In this document: positions 60,373 through 64,000 of the stretch, in pieces
How the letters are laid out: each line of letters starts with the position of its first letter
Numbering within the stretch: the first letter of the stretch is position 1
From: Azolla caroliniana
Lineage: Eukaryota; Plantae; Polypodiophyta
NCBI GenBank assembly: GCA_043228905.1
Contig: JBHGNT010000004.1
Span: forward strand, 24,552,001-24,616,000
Length of the DNA stretch: 64,000 nt
Reading direction: 5' to 3'
Translations under genes and position numbers: made by a program
The notes under the pieces: model-generated
Databases searched by the model: none
What the model saw: only the letters and a program-made list of their open reading frames with translations
Told to the model about the DNA's origin: nothing

Positions 60373-61789
60373 TCAATCCATCTCCGGCTTCAAAATCTCC
60401 TCGAACTTTTGCATCGCCTCGGGGGAGAGGCCCAAGAGCACATTGATGCTCTTCCTGCTTTTGCCGTGGGAGAGGAAGAGGACGACCTCCTTCTCGGGGA
60501 GGGTGACGGGGCCGCTGTGGATGGGCTCGCCCCACCCGAAGTCCGAAGTGTGGAAGGAGAGCCTGGACCAAGTGGTGATGATGAGGCTGGCAGCAAGGGA
60601 TGGGCGGGCACGGGTCACCTCGAAGAAGTCGATGGCCGAGCGCATGTAATCATCAGTCACGAGGCCAATGGCATCCTGGACATGTCGTACCGCATTCGAG
60701 AGCGGCTTCTCTCTCAGCTGCCCAGCTTCGGCAAGCGCGAACGTGAGTACGATGCCATTGCCCATGTAGCCACGGGGGAGGGGGGGCACAAACTTGGCAC
60801 GGCCGTCGACCGCGAAGAGGAGTTTCGTCTTCTGCTCCTCCTTCATGTCCATGGCCTCACTGCGTGCCTTCCATACCAGGCCCGAAAGGGCCTCGAAGGT
60901 GGAACACTGCCTGGGGAGCGTGCCATCGGCCATGGCCTTCTTCTTGAGCCGCTCCAGGCTTTCGGGTGAGAAGCAGAAGGAGCGGTGGACCATGTTGTGG
61001 GCATCCAGGGATAGGTCCTGCAGAGCCGAGAGGTCCTCGATCTCTTGGAATTCGGTGTGCGGGTGGTTGATCTGGGGCGGGACTCGGGCGGCGAGGATCG
61101 ATCTGTCGAGGCTCGGAGGGTTGGAGAGGGGCAACCCGCGGGCGGTTTCTGCCCACGAGTTCACGAATTCCATGGCAGCGATGCCGTCCAACATGCAATG
61201 GCTCATCCCCAGACCTAAAACGAACCCTCCGCATTCGAAAGTGGTCACCTACACAGACCCAGAGATTATTAATTTACATAGCATAGCATAGCAGAGGAAG
61301 GAAGGAAGGGAGGGAGGGGGAAGTTACTTGGACGACCACCGGGGGTATGTCCAGGATGGTCTTGACGTCCGGGACCTCGTAGACCAGCTTGCCGAGCCTG
61401 GCAGGTTCGGGCTTGGTTAGGTCGCCCAGGTCAGAGACGGAGCCGGTAGCCTCGGCCTCCACGAAGACCACGCCTTGGCCGTAGCAATGCACGTTGAGCT
61501 TCCCTTCGGCGCTGATGCCGAGCCTGCCGGCGAGCGGGTAGTAGTAGTTGAGGACCTTGGCCAGCGACTCCCTCAGCACCAGGCTCGGAGGATCCTTGGT
61601 CGCCTCTGCAGACCCCGGGGCCGGCGCCTCGAACATGTAGACTGTTTTCACAGTCACAGCGATGTTCTGGTCCAGGTTGCTGAGGAAATAGACGAGATTC
61701 TCTGTGGGCTCAGAGGGCGTCACGAGGCTGGGCTCATGGAGCTTCACAGTGAGGAGGTCCGCAGGCAGGGGGGCAGCTTCGGCACCCAT
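60373..61789 (-). CDS. BAHD acyltransferase, ASFT/HHT-like omega-hydroxyacid/fatty alcohol hydroxycinnamoyl transferase; exons 61789-61328 and 61248-60373 (445 aa)
   Basis: [18 protein letters not shown], catalytic HCMLD (HxxxD), DFGWG; 79-bp GT-AG intron at the conserved VQ|VT position; open frame; strong recalled similarity to Arabidopsis ASFT motifs. Confidence 0.93.
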
Positions 61790-62023
61790 AGCTAGCCCAA
61801 ATTAGTACCTACCCCCACACCTCCTAGGTCTGTTTTCTGCTAACCAGCCCTCGATCGATCAGTTTCTTCCTGGATTTCTGCGAAAATCGCTTCCTTCAGC
61901 AGCACCTCTACTGACTCTGCTACTCAAGCCCTTCCTCTACAGGGCTTCTCGCTAGAATGCTACTCAGACAAACCTCACAGTTCTCTGCTCTTCTCTGCTC
62001 TGCACTGCACTGCCTTTACATGC

Positions 62024-62034
62024 TTATTATATAC
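62024..62034 (-). promoter_or_regulatory. Probable TATA box of the BAHD gene
   Basis: gtatataataa on the minus strand ~240 bp upstream of the ATG. Confidence 0.5.
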
Positions 62035-64000
62035 ATGATTTGATGGAAGGGGATGAAGATGAAGACAGGGATTGGAGGGGTTCAGAAAAGCCTGCAGGCG
62101 CCCATGTGAAGGGCTACACTACAGTCCATTGATTGGATAAGACGGCCATTACTGCACCTTCTTTAATGCCGAAAGATCAGAGAGAGACAGAGAGACACAG
62201 AGCCAAGGAAGGAGTAATGGAAGCTCACCTAAAACACACTCAAAGTCTGGCATCGAACTCGGGACCTCCAAACCACATACCAACCCACCCCCCATCTCTC
62301 TTTCTACATATGTGTAAGGCTGTATATGTGTTGGATTCACACTTTGTGTGTGTGTGTGTGTGTACGCTCGCATTTTTCACCTTCTATTCGTGCACCGTCC
62401 GGTTTTGTCCCTGTCAACGAATCCGCAAACACCTCAATCCCAATATAAACAACACACATACACATACATCTTGATAGATAGCATTACGTTGATGAGCCAC
62501 AACAGTGGAATCTCGTTACCCCATTCAAGACCATATAACAAATCAAGGGGATATACGCACATAGATAGATTGGAGCCCCTTACCTTCCTTATCATTAGCC
62601 AACACCTTTGTATGTCGACGTACGCCCCCTTTTTCTTTGGGTCAGAACATATGCGAATGTGTGACAGGTTTCTCCGTTGAAGTGAGGGTCGGACTGACCA
62701 TGGCGTTAGCTCTCAAACTCAAGAGGATAATATAGCTCCTATGTAGTAGTATAGAGTTCGTCTTTTTTTCTACCAATGGAAAAACAACATGTCTGTGATT
62801 TCGTACTAATCTAGATGGGCCCCTCTTTTGTACCTGTAATTTTGAAGAGTTCTCTTTGAAACATGAATCAGTTGTTTATGCATCGACAATCAATTATATT
62901 GTGTGTCTTTGTTAGATCCTAAATACAATCAATCTTACACGGAGTGTTCTTATCATGGACCAATACTTGAGTGCCAACATTGGCTCACCTTCGTGTGGAT
63001 TGGAAGCTTCCCAATGAGGAGAATGTTACATTTAGGGCCAAAAGCAAATTGAGCAAAGCAATCTAGAAGTTCTTCGATTACTTGTGTTGAGGAGATGCTT
63101 TGCATTGTTTGGGAACCCTACCTCCAACAAAAGTATCAAAGAAATCCATATTTCTCAAGACATCTCCCTATTCATGGATGTCGCTCCCACATGGTTAGGT
63201 TTCACACAAATACGAGGATCATGTTAAGAATTATTCATCACGCTTTTGAGGAAACTCCAACAAAATAGGCTAAGTTGAGTGCCACAAATCAATTGCGTTG
63301 CTGCAAGTTGACAATTTGACATTTTTTACACTATTCGTCATAAAAATTCATAAGCTACTAAACATAATAGGTACTATGTTTAACTAAGAAGGTGAATTTT
63401 TTTTACCATAAAACATATGCTCCATTGGTATTAATAAAAAGCCCGGAGGCAGTATAGAAGGTGAATTGTGAACTATATGGTTCTTTTAAATGGTGGTTTC
63501 ACATTGATTGCAAAATAAAAGAAGCAGAAGTTTTAGCTTCGAATGAGGGCATTTATTGTGCAATAACAAATAAAATCAAGACAAGCCGATCTAAAAAATC
63601 TTCTAATTTCAATACAATCAACAATCTTGCTTTTTTTCATCTACCACTTTGGTTCTTTGTGAACACTATCTTTGTTTTCAGAAAGCCCATTACTCTCTTG
63701 TGCTTTAACACCTTTGTGAACTTTGTGTATCCAAAATAGCCCAAAGTTTTGATGAAACATGTCGTCAAATACAATATCAATATCTTCGCTTCACATTCAT
63801 GTGGATTAAGCCGAATTTTTGTGATTCTTTGTTTGTACAAGGTCTTATTTGGTTTAGAAGATAATTCTTCAGAAGTAACCAGAGTTTCAGTCGTAACTGT
63901 ATTGTCGCCAGAACCTAGAAGTTCTTTTAGACGACTCACATGAAAGACTGGATGAATTCCGACACCATCGGGAAGAGCGAGACGATAGGCTGATGACCCA

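Noticed and set aside
60343-61795. Long plus-strand ORFs opposite the BAHD gene
   Set aside because: Antisense shadows of GC-rich coding sequence.
63461-64000. Possible exon or transposase fragment at the window end
   Set aside because: Short ORFs with stops, no recognisable motif, truncated by the window edge.

Overview
Eukaryotic land-plant DNA, probably from a non-seed plant such as a fern (inferred from the transposon lineages, not proven). About 90% of the window is nested transposable elements. The only intact host gene is a two-exon BAHD acyltransferase of the ASFT/HHT (omega-hydroxyacid feruloyl transferase) type at 60373-61789 (-). Two broken paralogues of it lie at 19.35-19.87 kb and 21.85-23.1 kb. 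The TE content is: a decayed Tcn1-like chromovirus; several members of a tRNA-Trp-primed Ty3/gypsy group (a gag-PR/pol element, a very young gag-only non-autonomous element, solo LTRs and a TRIM-like/fold-back structure); two Ty1/copia elements (one complete with TSD); an intact two-ORF RTE/RTEX-like LINE in a (GA)n tract; decayed RTE and L1 LINEs; and a duplicated block carrying a hAT transposase fragment. The most unusual observations: (1) tRNA-like Pol III A/B-box modules inside the LTRs of about six different gypsy LTR families; (2) the Trp-primed group inserts with 4-bp target sites centred on CpG (6 of 6 junctions); (3) in the intact LINE, an AUG-less ORF2 is in frame with ORF1 behind a single UAG, and ORF1 is bracketed by an exact 9-bp inverted repeat; (4) two independent LINE insertions into the same LTR (GA)n tract, with an empty-site copy and a covarying 3' stem-loop. 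All alignments were made by eye; no database searches were run.
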